A stretch of DNA of 64,000 nucleotides from Minisyncoccia bacterium. Lineage in GTDB: Bacteria > Patescibacteriota > Minisyncoccia > SW-4-49-11. Every line of letters begins with the position of its first letter. The first letter of the stretch is position 1. The notes under the pieces are model-generated. The model was not told the DNA's origin. It did no database searches and saw only the letters and a program-made list of their open reading frames with translations. The translations under genes and the position numbers were made by a program. Shown piece after piece: positions 1 through 10,386 of this stretch. The stretch is from assembly GCA_044356325.1 (NCBI GenBank), contig JBIKWJ010000004.1:402-64401 (forward strand), written 5' to 3'.

Positions 1-201
1 GACTTTTACCGGTTGAGAATATAAGTAATATCACAATAACTAATAGGAGAAGTCCTCTTATCATATTAACTTTAGCGAGTTCGCTTTTTTGTAACCCTAA
101 TTTTAATAATCCTTTTTCCTCTAACATATCTTTTAGTGATCTCACATATATGAGCCCCACCGTTAAGGGAATAATAGGTATAAGCCAAAAATATACCATA
201 T

Positions 202-1761
202 TTACTTAATAATAATACTAATACGAGATGAAAGTACTGGTAATACGGGGATAAATCCTGGAATTAGCTTAATATCAGCTGAGTCTACATTGTCAAGACT
301 CTTAATATAATCTTGAGCCTGTGATATGGTTTTAAATCTAATATTACGAGAAATATCTCCCTCATCAAATTTTGGCTGTAAAGAATAATCTACATATACT
401 CTTGCTCTTACAGCCTGTTTATTAGGGAATTCTTGAGGTGGATCAAAATTAATTTTAATATCTGATCCTAATTCTCTTGAATCAATAACTTGTGAAGCTA
501 ATAAGGATTGTATTAATTTATTTAAATTCTCTTCTTTATAAAATAATCCTTGAATATTACCTGATGCTTTTACGGTAAAACTTCTTGATCTATCCCCTAT
601 ATTTGGAAGCCCCGTAAATTGAATATCATTTAATTTAGTTTGTATTGCTAAAGCCTTAGTATCTTTTCTCTCACCTATTTGTTGATTTACAATTTCAGTA
701 AGCTTTTTTTGCAAATCAGTTCTTGCTTTTTCTATATCTTTTTCTACAACAACAATTCCATCCTCGCTAGCTCCATTACTAATAGCTGTTCCTAACTCTC
801 CATAAATTGCAGCAAATTTAGTTGAATTATCCTCAAATCCTGGAATAGTTAATTTTCCCGCTGGGATATTATAATCTTCTCCTGAATTATCAGCTATGAT
901 TTTTGCTAACACAGAATTCTGAGCTGGTATAGTGACGGCTTCTGTGAGGCGAAATTGCTTGCCCTTTGATGAAAGAAATCGAGTATTTGAAACAAGTGAT
1001 TGTGAAGCTTTGGTTTCATTTTTAATAGTAATAGTAGCATTTGCCTTAGAGCCTCCAACTTGTGATCCAGTTCCCTCATATGTTCCTTCTACAGAAGCAC
1101 TAATAGTGTCTGTTGTGGATGGAGTTGCTTTATTACCAACACTAATATCGGTAATACTAGGGTCAAAAGTAATATCAAAATCTTTAGATAATGATTCTAA
1201 TTTTGTGGTAATAGTAATATCAGCTCTTGGGATAAATATAGAGAACCCCGCAATCAGAATTATTGTTATAATAATCACGCCTCTCAATACAAATTTCCAA
1301 GAAAGGACATCTGATTTTTTCTTTATTAATGGTTGTGGGTTAGTAGGTTCTGACTGAAATACTTCTGCAGAATTTGATTCAGGAGTAGATCTGGTAATAT
1401 TTTGATTCAATTGATATCCAAAAAAATCAGTATAGGGATCATTTTCTATATTTATACTTGTGGTCTCAGTAACCGTATGAGGAAGGCTGTTAGAATTTGT
1501 AATGGGAATATTGCTAATTGAGAGCAAAGATACCAAATCATTATCTGAACTAGATAATTCTATATTGTTCTTTGATAATAATTGTTTAATAGTATGGATA
1601 AATAAGCCTCTATTAATAGGATTATATAATATATCCATATTATCTGGTATATAAATCAATACTTTATCTCCTTTTACGATATCACTTTTAATTTGATATA
1701 TAATATCTGAGATTCCATCTTTTGGATTTAATATAAGTGATTTTGGAGTTATATTTTTCAT
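202..1761 (-). CDS. Bitopic membrane protein with a ~150-aa cytoplasmic N-domain, one TM helix and a large extracytoplasmic domain. Function unknown; possibly a pilus-assembly partner of the adjacent PilM/FtsA-like gene.
   Basis: 519-aa ORF with one hydrophobic helix (VIIITIILIAGFSIFIP). It lies immediately downstream of the actin-fold ATPase gene on the same strand with a 7-nt gap. Confidence 0.45.
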   Translation of the reverse strand: MKNITPKSLILNPKDGISDIIYQIKSDIVKGDKVLIYIPDNMDILYNPINRGLFIHTIKQLLSKNNIELSSSDNDLVSLLSISNIPITNSNSLPHTVTETTSINIENDPYTDFFGYQLNQNITRSTPESNSAEVFQSEPTNPQPLIKKKSDVLSWKFVLRGVIIITIILIAGFSIFIPRADITITTKLESLSKDFDITFDPSITDISVGNKATPSTTDTISASVEGTYEGTGSQVGGSKANATITIKNETKASQSLVSNTRFLSSKGKQFRLTEAVTIPAQNSVLAKIIADNSGEDYNIPAGKLTIPGFEDNSTKFAAIYGELGTAISNGASEDGIVVVEKDIEKARTDLQKKLTEIVNQQIGERKDTKALAIQTKLNDIQFTGLPNIGDRSRSFTVKASGNIQGLFYKEENLNKLIQSLLASQVIDSRELGSDIKINFDPPQEFPNKQAVRARVYVDYSLQPKFDEGDISRNIRFKTISQAQDYIKSLDNVDSADIKLIPGFIPVLPVLSSRISIIIK

Positions 1762-1767
1762 AATGAT

Positions 1768-2970
1768 TTATTCGCTTAAACGATATGGTAGATGAATATC
1801 TGTAGGAATATTAGCAATATGTATAAGGCCAATAATATCAATGTAACGAGCATTATCTATTTTACTGGTCATATCAATAATGTGGGGAAATTGTTGTGGC
1901 GTAAGAATTGATATACCTGGTTTAATAAGAGAATTGACTGATTTATGCCAGTTACTGTATTCCAAAGCCTCTTTAATACCTAATAATTGTGCACCCTCTC
2001 CATATAATAGTATATGAGGAGGGAGATTTTCTAATTGAGCTTCCTGTAAACTCAAAATAATTCCTTGTAACCAAAGAGATATTTCTGGCTCAAGAGCATC
2101 AGTGATACGGCGAGACATATCTCTTGGTAATTGTAGACGACTATATTCTTGACGTACTATTTCAGCTTCATCAATAGTAATTTGAAATGCATTTGCAATA
2201 GCTTGAGTAAAACTATGACTTCCCATACTAAAGGATTGTATATAATTAATTTTTTGATTCTGAATAGTACTAATAGTGGTATGACCAAATCGGATATCTA
2301 CTAATATTACTGATATATCTTTATTACTATTATAATCTAATATAAGTTGACCTACGGCATATCCATGTTGATATACTCCTTCAATAGATAGTTCTATACT
2401 TTTTTCTATATTAATCAATGATTGTTTATAGGCAATAGGAATATAGGTGTTGAGGGTCTCTAGAGTTATCGTATGAGCTTTTTCTCCAATTGGTGATAAA
2501 GTCTCCTCCCCATCTAAACGAATATCATTGAGAGAAATCTGCGCCAAAGATAAAGGGAGTTTATGACCCAACGAAGTGACATAAGGCTCCTCATCAAATT
2601 GAACATATATATCATCAATAGTATTAATCCACTCTTTTGAATTAATACTTTTTCGTGGTTTTTCACGATTTATCTCAACAATACGATCTTTCATTTCTAC
2701 TAATGGTCCTGACACTCCCAATATCATACCTGTTTTATCTTCATCAGTATTGGCTTTAGATTCAAGGCAAGCATTTTCTATCGCTTGTATTAATAGTGTT
2801 TCTTGTTCAATAGCGTTAGTATTAACAACCCCAAAGGGTAATTGAGTTTGTCCAATACCTTGAATCAAGGTATTGCCAGTCTTAATATCAACAGTATAAT
2901 CAACCACAGTAACTCTATTCTCAGAGATATCTATAATAAGAGGTTCAGATGATACTTTTTTACCAAACAT
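1768..2970 (-). CDS. Actin-fold ATPase of the PilM/FtsA family
   Basis: 400 aa. It has the N-terminal sugar-kinase/actin-like fold pattern and the segment ILVDIRFGHTTISTI...SFSMGSHSFTQAIANAF typical of FtsA/PilM. No ftsZ follows; a bitopic membrane protein is the downstream neighbour instead. Confidence 0.5.
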   Translation of the reverse strand: MFGKKVSSEPLIIDISENRVTVVDYTVDIKTGNTLIQGIGQTQLPFGVVNTNAIEQETLLIQAIENACLESKANTDEDKTGMILGVSGPLVEMKDRIVEINREKPRKSINSKEWINTIDDIYVQFDEEPYVTSLGHKLPLSLAQISLNDIRLDGEETLSPIGEKAHTITLETLNTYIPIAYKQSLINIEKSIELSIEGVYQHGYAVGQLILDYNSNKDISVILVDIRFGHTTISTIQNQKINYIQSFSMGSHSFTQAIANAFQITIDEAEIVRQEYSRLQLPRDMSRRITDALEPEISLWLQGIILSLQEAQLENLPPHILLYGEGAQLLGIKEALEYSNWHKSVNSLIKPGISILTPQQFPHIIDMTSKIDNARYIDIIGLIHIANIPTDIHLPYRLSE

Positions 2971-2983
2971 CGTATTATATTAT

Positions 2984-3592
2984 TTATTTTGGATAGTATA
3001 ATAATATTAGCCAAATAATTTGTCCTATAAATCCTACTCCTAGGGGAATTGCCAAATTATCATCAAGTTTAGAGGCGAAGGTTTCAATAATCACTCCACT
3101 TATAGCTAATATAAGTGGAGTAATACCAAATCCCCATATACTACCTGCTATTACAAAGTTAGCAATTAAAGCTAATAATATACCCTCCCAAGTTGTTTTG
3201 TTTTCTGTATTCGGGAATACCTTCATTGTACCATAAATTCCTCCAATTGTAGAAAATGTATCCCCAATAATTGCAATTAATATTGCTGTGATTGAGACTA
3301 TTGGCTCAAAAAGGGCTGTAGTTACAATAGCTGCCAAAACTAAATTTAATCCATCAACATTAGTATGTTGCTCTTTTGGCTTTACAAGACTCGCAAATGG
3401 CACCCAAATACGCGTATCCAGACGTAAATATTCATATACCAGAAATCCTACTACAAATACAGCTAAAAATCCTCTGGCATATAGCTCTGCATTCGTAAAA
3501 GTTTGGACGGATATATACCAATACAACGCAAAAGGAAGTATAAGTGCTAAATGGAGAGATTTACGAAGTAATATATCTCTTTTTGTTTTCAT
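2984..3592 (-). CDS. Polytopic membrane protein of the polyprenol (dolichol/phytol) kinase / CTP-transferase family
   Basis: 202 aa with several TM segments. Motif IGDTFSTIGGIYGTMKV....NKTTWEG matches the GD..A..(I/V)GG..G..K....NKT.EG signature of dolichol/phytol kinases. Confidence 0.45.
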   Translation of the reverse strand: MKTKRDILLRKSLHLALILPFALYWYISVQTFTNAELYARGFLAVFVVGFLVYEYLRLDTRIWVPFASLVKPKEQHTNVDGLNLVLAAIVTTALFEPIVSITAILIAIIGDTFSTIGGIYGTMKVFPNTENKTTWEGILLALIANFVIAGSIWGFGITPLILAISGVIIETFASKLDDNLAIPLGVGFIGQIIWLILLYYPK

Positions 3593-3593
3593 A

Positions 3594-5324
3594 TTATTCT
3601 ATTATAGCACGAATACGACGCACTCCGCGAGCAACAGCCTCTTCTTTTTTAATTTTGAATATACCTATTTCTCGAGTATTGTGAATATGAGGTCCCCCAC
3701 ATAATTCTTTCGAGATATTTCCAAAACTATATACATCTACTTGCTCTGGATAATTACGATTAGCTAAATATAAAGCTCCAGAATTTTTGGCCGCCTCTAG
3801 AGACATAGGAGTAATAATGACATCTACCCCAGCTTGAATATATTCATTTACTTTATTCTCCACCATTTGGATTTCCTCGGGAGTTAATTTTCTCTCAAAA
3901 CTAAAATCAAATCGTGTACGCTCAGCAGTAATATCTGAACCTTTTTGTTCTACTTCCTCTCCCAACACATCTCGCAAAGCCTTATTTAAAAGATGCGTAG
4001 CACTATGTAGTCGGGTCACAATAGCTAATTCCTCTTCATTCGCAGCTTTTAATTCTCCATTATCAAGAATTAATCCATGTCCACCAAATTTTTTGGCAGC
4101 TCCAGCTCGGGAAATACTCTGATGTTCCATCTTATAATTCTCAAAATCTTGCTCATCAAAAGATAACCCCTGTAATCGAAGAACTTCTGGGGATAATCCA
4201 TATGTTGAGGCTAATAAAAAAGCTTCTTCTCCTGACATATGAGGAATACGCTTTTTCTTTAATATTTTAGCCATATGTCGCTTACCACGTGATACTGACT
4301 CACTGAACAATGCATATTCCTCCTCAACACTATGTTTAATACTATCTTTTGCATTTATCAGCTCAGGATATCTCTTTTGATATGCTTCAATAATATTTTC
4401 AATAGTATTAAACACTAATTCTAAAGGCTTATCATAAGATGAAATAAGACTTAATACTTTTCTCAATAATCTTCTTAATATATATCCTTGTTCCTTATTG
4501 GATGGAACTACTCCCTCAGCTAAAAGAAAGGTACTAGCTCGAATATGATCAAATACTATACGATACATATCTAGTGATTGATTTGGAAATTGACTCTGTA
4601 TATTACCAATAATTGGAGTAAATATTTTGGTGTCATATACCGACTTTACTCCTTCTATTTGAGTGATAATGCGCTCCATGCCACCACCAGTATCTACCCC
4701 TTGTTGTTCTAATTCTTTTAGACTTCCATCTATTCCAGAATAATATTGATTAAATACAATATTCCATACCTCAACTCCCTTTACAAAAATCTCGGTAGTA
4801 GGGCCACAAGGTCCTTCAGCTCCTGTAGGCCCCCAAAAATTATCCTCTCTTCCAAGTTCTTTAATATCTAAATCTATTCCTTTATCCTGAGCTAATTGTT
4901 TCCATATAGCTAAAGTTTCCGTATCTTTTGGGCTTCTCTCATCCCCTTCAAAAATAGTTACATAATCAATTGTCATTCCGAGTTCCTCGACAATAAATTC
5001 ATATCCTAATTTGATAGCCTCTTGTTTAAAATAACTCCCCTCTCCACTGGGATAATGAAAGGAGAAATTCCCTAACATTTCAAAAAAAGTGTTATGAGTA
5101 TCATCTCCCACCTCATCAATATCATCTACTCTCAGACATTTTTGCACACTAATAACCCTATTTCCATAAGGAGATATTCTCCCCAGATAATAAGGCTTGA
5201 ATTGTTGCATACCAGCTGTAGTAAATAATACAGAATTATCTCCTTCTGGTAATAATGATGATGACTGTACTCTTATATGTCCTTTGGTCTCAAAATATTC
5301 AAAAAACTGCTGAATAATTTTCAT
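3594..5324 (-). CDS. alaS: Alanyl-tRNA synthetase, short form (catalytic plus editing domains, no C-Ala domain)
   Basis: N-terminus FFEYFETKGHIRVQSSSLLPEGDNSVLFTTAGMQQFKP is the class II AlaRS signature. Editing-domain motifs HSATHLL and CGGPHIHNT are present. At 576 aa it is far shorter than canonical ~870-aa enzymes. Confidence 0.9.
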   Translation of the reverse strand: MKIIQQFFEYFETKGHIRVQSSSLLPEGDNSVLFTTAGMQQFKPYYLGRISPYGNRVISVQKCLRVDDIDEVGDDTHNTFFEMLGNFSFHYPSGEGSYFKQEAIKLGYEFIVEELGMTIDYVTIFEGDERSPKDTETLAIWKQLAQDKGIDLDIKELGREDNFWGPTGAEGPCGPTTEIFVKGVEVWNIVFNQYYSGIDGSLKELEQQGVDTGGGMERIITQIEGVKSVYDTKIFTPIIGNIQSQFPNQSLDMYRIVFDHIRASTFLLAEGVVPSNKEQGYILRRLLRKVLSLISSYDKPLELVFNTIENIIEAYQKRYPELINAKDSIKHSVEEEYALFSESVSRGKRHMAKILKKKRIPHMSGEEAFLLASTYGLSPEVLRLQGLSFDEQDFENYKMEHQSISRAGAAKKFGGHGLILDNGELKAANEEELAIVTRLHSATHLLNKALRDVLGEEVEQKGSDITAERTRFDFSFERKLTPEEIQMVENKVNEYIQAGVDVIITPMSLEAAKNSGALYLANRNYPEQVDVYSFGNISKELCGGPHIHNTREIGIFKIKKEEAVARGVRRIRAIIE

Positions 5325-5392
5325 GGTGAATACTATATTTAATCTTAGAATTAGAATATCATACTATTCCTTATCAAGCAATATACTGTATA

Positions 5393-6934
5393 TTAACGAA
5401 TCCTTTTATATAATGAATAGCCATTATGCTCAGCTATATCCTCTGGCACTAATACCCTCACACTATTGGGAGGCATATGTATATACAGAAATCCAGCATA
5501 TCCACTCAAGGGTTCAAATTCATCTGTTATTGGTAATAAATCTCTTAGCATAGAAACCTCTATTACAGAGCCATGACGCCATTGTATATGTTCAGTGATA
5601 GGTTTATCAGTTGTATTAACCACAATTAATACAGTCTCAGCCACATAATCAGTATATCGCTCAAAGGCAAGTAGTTGATGAGCCGTAGCTATACGAAAAT
5701 CTCCTATACGTAAAGCTCGATATTGTGTGCGTAAGGCAATAAGTTGTTTCATCCAAGTTAAATCAGCATTATTTTTATCAACGAGACTCCAATCCATAGG
5801 ACCACGATTGGCGGGATCCCAACCACCAGACATACCTAATTCGGAGCCATAATAAATATTAGGAGAACCTGGAAGTGTGAATTGTAATACTTGAGCAATT
5901 TTACGTTTAGATAAATCGGGAATTCTTGTTGCAAGACGTGCCAAATCATGATTATCTAATAATAACCAACTTTTGAGTAATGATTCAATTCCAATATCCA
6001 ATACCATATGAGCTAACATAGAGGCTGCGGTGGCAGACTTAAGTGAGCCTTCCACTAATAATAGTACTAAGCTTCTTAAATGATAATTCACAACCCCATC
6101 CATTGCCGGCATCCATCCTGCTGGATATGTGATAATTTCACCCACTATGAGAGATTCTGGGTTTTCTTTATGCGCAGCCTCAGTAAGTTCAGCGAGGAAA
6201 TTATGTCCCAAGTCATAGGCAGTATCAAGTCGCCAGCCATCAACTCCATCACGCAAATAACTTCTTACTATCGAATTCTCTGATTTCCACAAATAATCTC
6301 TCACCGAAGAATTTTCTAAATGTAATTCTGGTAAATTAAATTGCCCTCTCCAAACACGAGCCCCCCCGAGAATTTGAGTATCAAAAATAAACCAATTTCG
6401 CCATATACTCTCTATATCCTTTTCAGCTTCTTGAAACTTGCTTGCATTACGCCCCATATGATTAAACACTCCATCGAGTACCAATTTCATATTTCGGCTA
6501 TGAAGAGCATTTGCTAATTCCTTTACATATTCACGTGTACCAAGCTCAGGAGATATAGTCTCAAAATCTAAAGAATCATATTTGTGACTTGTAAAGCCAA
6601 GCTGAATTGGATTAAGATATAATACTTCAATACCTAAATCCTGTATATAATCAAGATGACTAATCAAACTGGCAATATCACCTCCCCAAAAATCTAATTC
6701 CTGACTCCAAACTTTACAATTATCTATAAAATTTCCAGGTTGAGGCAGCTCATTCCAGTCACGCAATTGACGGGGTGAAGCATATAGTGATTTTTTAGCG
6801 TCAATATTAGCTGAAGGAGCAAAGCGGTCTACCAATACCTGATATACAATAGCTCCATTACGCCAATCCGCCTCTCTCTTGGTATAAATATCTATAAATT
6901 CACTCGTATCAATCTCAGCTGTATTTTGTTCCAT
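5393..6934 (-). CDS. GH13 alpha-amylase family glycosidase (neopullulanase/alpha-glucosidase-like)
   Basis: Conserved GH13 regions are VYQVLVDRF, GIEVLYLNPI, GWRLDTAYDL, VGEI and LLDNHDLARL. Confidence 0.85.
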   Translation of the reverse strand: MEQNTAEIDTSEFIDIYTKREADWRNGAIVYQVLVDRFAPSANIDAKKSLYASPRQLRDWNELPQPGNFIDNCKVWSQELDFWGGDIASLISHLDYIQDLGIEVLYLNPIQLGFTSHKYDSLDFETISPELGTREYVKELANALHSRNMKLVLDGVFNHMGRNASKFQEAEKDIESIWRNWFIFDTQILGGARVWRGQFNLPELHLENSSVRDYLWKSENSIVRSYLRDGVDGWRLDTAYDLGHNFLAELTEAAHKENPESLIVGEIITYPAGWMPAMDGVVNYHLRSLVLLLVEGSLKSATAASMLAHMVLDIGIESLLKSWLLLDNHDLARLATRIPDLSKRKIAQVLQFTLPGSPNIYYGSELGMSGGWDPANRGPMDWSLVDKNNADLTWMKQLIALRTQYRALRIGDFRIATAHQLLAFERYTDYVAETVLIVVNTTDKPITEHIQWRHGSVIEVSMLRDLLPITDEFEPLSGYAGFLYIHMPPNSVRVLVPEDIAEHNGYSLYKRIR

Positions 6935-7014
6935 TGATGGAAATAAAATAATATATTGTATTTATTATACCATATGTTATGATTTAGCAAATTAATTATG
7001 CTATACTAGTATAT

Positions 7015-8481
7015 ATGAAAACATCTCTTATTGTATATTGGGCTCGGCGAGATTTAAGACTAACCGATAATCCTGCATTATATCACTCTATTAATACCGC
7101 AAAAGAACGAAATATATCTTTTGCTCCTATTTTTATATTAGAAAATTATATGCTTGAGGCTAAACCTCAAGCTCAATTTGGCTATGCCCAAAGACATATA
7201 TTAAGCCAAGCTTTACCCGAGTTTATACAGCAATTTCCTCAATTTCATTTGATTAAAGGCAAGGGTGCTCAGTCAATTATTGACCTGAGTAAATCTTATC
7301 AAATTGAACTCTATGTCAATCATGATATATATCCTGATTTCACTAAGCAATTGCAAAAAATTAAAGAAGCTGGTATCAATATACATATTTATGCAGATAG
7401 ACTGAGCGTTGATACAGATACTCGCAGTCAAAATGGAAATTTGTATTCTGTATTTACCCCTTTCAAAAAATCTATTTGGCAAGAATTCTTAAATACCGAA
7501 ACTTATCCGAAGCCCGACCTAAATTCTATATCATATCAAGATATTATCTCAGATTGGAATTATATACAGGCTAACACTGACGCCATACAACAAGAATTTT
7601 CCTCCAATAGAGATATCTTAATTGAAGATAGAGTATATGATTTAACTCAATATATTCCTCTTCCCGATTTATCTCTATGGTATTATTCTGAGGCTGAGGC
7701 TTTAGCATTATTCAAACATTTCCTTGATTCTGGCTTTCTTGATAATTATCATCTTAATAGAGATTCCCTGGAACTCGATACTATTGATAATGGTAAAACT
7801 TCAAAAATGAGTTTAGCTCTTGCTTGGGGATTTGTCTCAAGTAGAGCTCTTAGGCAAATGATACAAAAACATAGTAATAATACTCTTGAATCAGCTCTGA
7901 TAGATAACCAATATCCTGGAGCTACTATATATATATCCGAGCTTATTTGGAGAGAATTTTATGCCTATTTATTATATCATCAACCTAAATTACTCAATAC
8001 CGAATTTCAATTGCAATTCCGGGATACTATTGATTGGACTTCAGGAGAAAAGGCTCATAAAAGATTTCTTGCTTGGATTAAAGGAGATACCGGCTATCCC
8101 ATTGTCGATGCTGCCATGAGGCAATTAGCTCAAACAGGATGGATGCATAATCGATCCCGTATGATTGTAGCAAGTATATTAACCAAACATCTTGGAATTG
8201 ATTGGCGATGGGGACAAGAATATTTTCAGGCTACTCTTGTAGATTTAGATGAACCCTCTAATAATGGAGGTTGGCAATGGGGAGCTTCTGTAGGAGCTGA
8301 TCCTAAGCCGATTCGTATATTTAACCCTTATCTTCAGGCGAAAAATTATGATACAAAAGGAATATATCAGTCAAAATGGCTTGGAGAAAGCTATATTCCC
8401 CCACTTACACCTATTATTGAGCATAGTAAGGCAAGAGAACAAGCAATATTACGTTATAAGCAAGCTAAGTTCAAACTATAA
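7015..8481 (+). CDS. phr: Deoxyribodipyrimidine photolyase / cryptochrome family
   Basis: N-terminal YWARRDLRLTDNPAL and FAD-binding region TGYPIVDAAMRQLAQTGWMHNRSRMIVASIL ... NNGGWQW. Confidence 0.9.
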   Translation: MKTSLIVYWARRDLRLTDNPALYHSINTAKERNISFAPIFILENYMLEAKPQAQFGYAQRHILSQALPEFIQQFPQFHLIKGKGAQSIIDLSKSYQIELYVNHDIYPDFTKQLQKIKEAGINIHIYADRLSVDTDTRSQNGNLYSVFTPFKKSIWQEFLNTETYPKPDLNSISYQDIISDWNYIQANTDAIQQEFSSNRDILIEDRVYDLTQYIPLPDLSLWYYSEAEALALFKHFLDSGFLDNYHLNRDSLELDTIDNGKTSKMSLALAWGFVSSRALRQMIQKHSNNTLESALIDNQYPGATIYISELIWREFYAYLLYHQPKLLNTEFQLQFRDTIDWTSGEKAHKRFLAWIKGDTGYPIVDAAMRQLAQTGWMHNRSRMIVASILTKHLGIDWRWGQEYFQATLVDLDEPSNNGGWQWGASVGADPKPIRIFNPYLQAKNYDTKGIYQSKWLGESYIPPLTPIIEHSKAREQAILRYKQAKFKL

Positions 8482-8517
8482 TAGGAAAGTATTTAGTTTT
8501 CTATTATAGACTGATTT

Positions 8518-10386
8518 TTATTCCAATATTCCATCTGCATTATATTTTACAATATACATATCTGGACCAATGGAAGTAGTAAGTTCAGTTTGATTAGTAT
8601 CTCCATTCCCCAAAACAATAGTACCACCAAATTTTCCTACAGAAACAAGACTACCATCTACACTAGCAGAGATATCATTTCCATAATCATCACCAGTTCC
8701 ACCAGCTCTCTTTGCCCAAGCCAAACTTCCATCTGCATTATATTTTGCAGTAATTATATCATATCCTCCTGCACTTGTCAGAGGTACCGCGGATCCATCT
8801 ATTGTTAGAGTATTTTGGAAAAATCCAGTTAATATCACAGACCCATCTGATAAAGCAGCAGATCCCTGAAAAATATCAAAACCACTCCCTCCAATTTTTT
8901 TTACCCAAGCTAAACTTCCATTTGTATTATATTTTGCAACATAACCCTCAGCTACACCCAAATTTGATAATATTGTTTGATTTGACTCTCCTGGTGCAAA
9001 AGTAATCTGTTGACCCCAACCACCTGCCCAACCAGTAATGATACTACTTCCATCACTAAACCCAGTCATACTACTCACAGCATCATATCCATTTCCACCA
9101 GCTCTCTTTGCCCAAGCCAAACTTCCATCTGCATTATATTTTGCTATGAATATAGTATAATTTCCTGTACCTGTATTTAAAGTAGTAGCATTAGGATCCC
9201 CTACGCCAAAGGTTGTATTACTAGCAAAGAAACCTCCTACCATAAAGCTATTGTCAGCAAATGTATGTATTGCTCTTCCTCCTTGATCATGTACACCTTT
9301 TACATCCTTCGCCCAAACCAAGCTTCCATTTGCTGCATATTTTGCAATAAATATATCTGGTCTATCTAAACAGGTTGGTAAACAATCACGACTAGTAAAA
9401 GAAATTTGATTAGATTCACCCTGCCCAAATGTTGCGGTACCAGAGAACATCCCTGTAATAATACTAGTACCGTCAGTAAATGCTCCTAGCCCATAAGCAG
9501 AATCACTTCCATTAAATGTTCCCGCACCTCCGGCTCTTTTTGCCCACATTAATGTTCCATCTACATTGTATTTAGCTAGATAAATATCTTCAAGCCCAGC
9601 ACTCGTTAAATTAACAGCTCCTGTTTCTCCAGGACCAAATGTTATAGTATTTTTAAACCCCCCTGCAACTACAAAAGTACCATCCGCAAAGCTTTTAATC
9701 CGTGTTTCACCTACTATAGGTATATTACCACTAGTTCCACCAGCTCTCTTTGCCCAAACCAAGCTTCCATTTGCATTATATTTAGCAATAGCAAGTTCTG
9801 CAGATCCCGCACTTGTTAAACTAACAGCAACTGTTTCCCCAGCCCCAAATACCGCCGTCCCAGTAAAAGGTCCTGCTACGATACTGCTCCCATCTGATAA
9901 AGCAACTACTGAGTTAGTTCTACCAGTTGTTTCTGTAACAGTTGCTTTTTTTGCCCAGGTAATACTTAGAGCAAAAGAATTTATACCTATAACTTTTCCT
10001 AACTCACCAGTTAATACTTTAAGACTTATTTGTCCATTAGTTGGGTTTAATGCTATCTGATAATTGTCTCCCAAGGGATCTTTCGGTATTGCAGCTATAT
10101 AATCTGGGGCTAATGCACTTAAATTAACGCAATTAGTGGTTACTCCTACTGGACAAATATCTTTATATGATGTTGTAATACCGGTTGGATATGATCGATT
10201 TGTAACAAAATAATTCTCTAATGCTTGATTGATTTTAGTAATATCATCTAATCTAACGGTATTACGAGCTGATTGTAATTGTCTAGCAGGGTTAATTGCA
10301 ACTAATACAATGGAAGCTAATATACCTATTAAAGCTACTACTAATAGTATTTCTAATAAGGTGAAACCTTTTTTTTGTTTTTTCAT
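8518..10386 (-). CDS. Large type IV pilin-like protein: class III prepilin signal fused to about eight SBBP-type beta-propeller repeats
   Basis: N-terminus MKKQKKGFTLLEILLVVALIGILASIVLVAINP (G-F cleavage site, Glu at +5). The repeat (A)KYNADGSLAWAKRAGG(T/N)G is reiterated about eight times, with matching DNA-level internal repeats. Confidence 0.75.
   Translation of the reverse strand: MKKQKKGFTLLEILLVVALIGILASIVLVAINPARQLQSARNTVRLDDITKINQALENYFVTNRSYPTGITTSYKDICPVGVTTNCVNLSALAPDYIAAIPKDPLGDNYQIALNPTNGQISLKVLTGELGKVIGINSFALSITWAKKATVTETTGRTNSVVALSDGSSIVAGPFTGTAVFGAGETVAVSLTSAGSAELAIAKYNANGSLVWAKRAGGTSGNIPIVGETRIKSFADGTFVVAGGFKNTITFGPGETGAVNLTSAGLEDIYLAKYNVDGTLMWAKRAGGAGTFNGSDSAYGLGAFTDGTSIITGMFSGTATFGQGESNQISFTSRDCLPTCLDRPDIFIAKYAANGSLVWAKDVKGVHDQGGRAIHTFADNSFMVGGFFASNTTFGVGDPNATTLNTGTGNYTIFIAKYNADGSLAWAKRAGGNGYDAVSSMTGFSDGSSIITGWAGGWGQQITFAPGESNQTILSNLGVAEGYVAKYNTNGSLAWVKKIGGSGFDIFQGSAALSDGSVILTGFFQNTLTIDGSAVPLTSAGGYDIITAKYNADGSLAWAKRAGGTGDDYGNDISASVDGSLVSVGKFGGTIVLGNGDTNQTELTTSIGPDMYIVKYNADGILE

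Noticed and set aside
1-200. Small hairpin gcgagttcgc plus T6 near the window start as a terminator
   Set aside because: The stem is only 4-5 bp and the upstream gene lies outside the window, so it cannot be supported.
932-1357. 141-aa plus-strand ORF
   Set aside because: It lies entirely antisense within the 519-aa membrane-protein gene. Its composition is low-complexity and it has no start context.
3288-3704. 138-aa plus-strand ORF
   Set aside because: It is antisense to the polyprenol-kinase-like gene and the alaS 3' end, so it is an overlap artefact.
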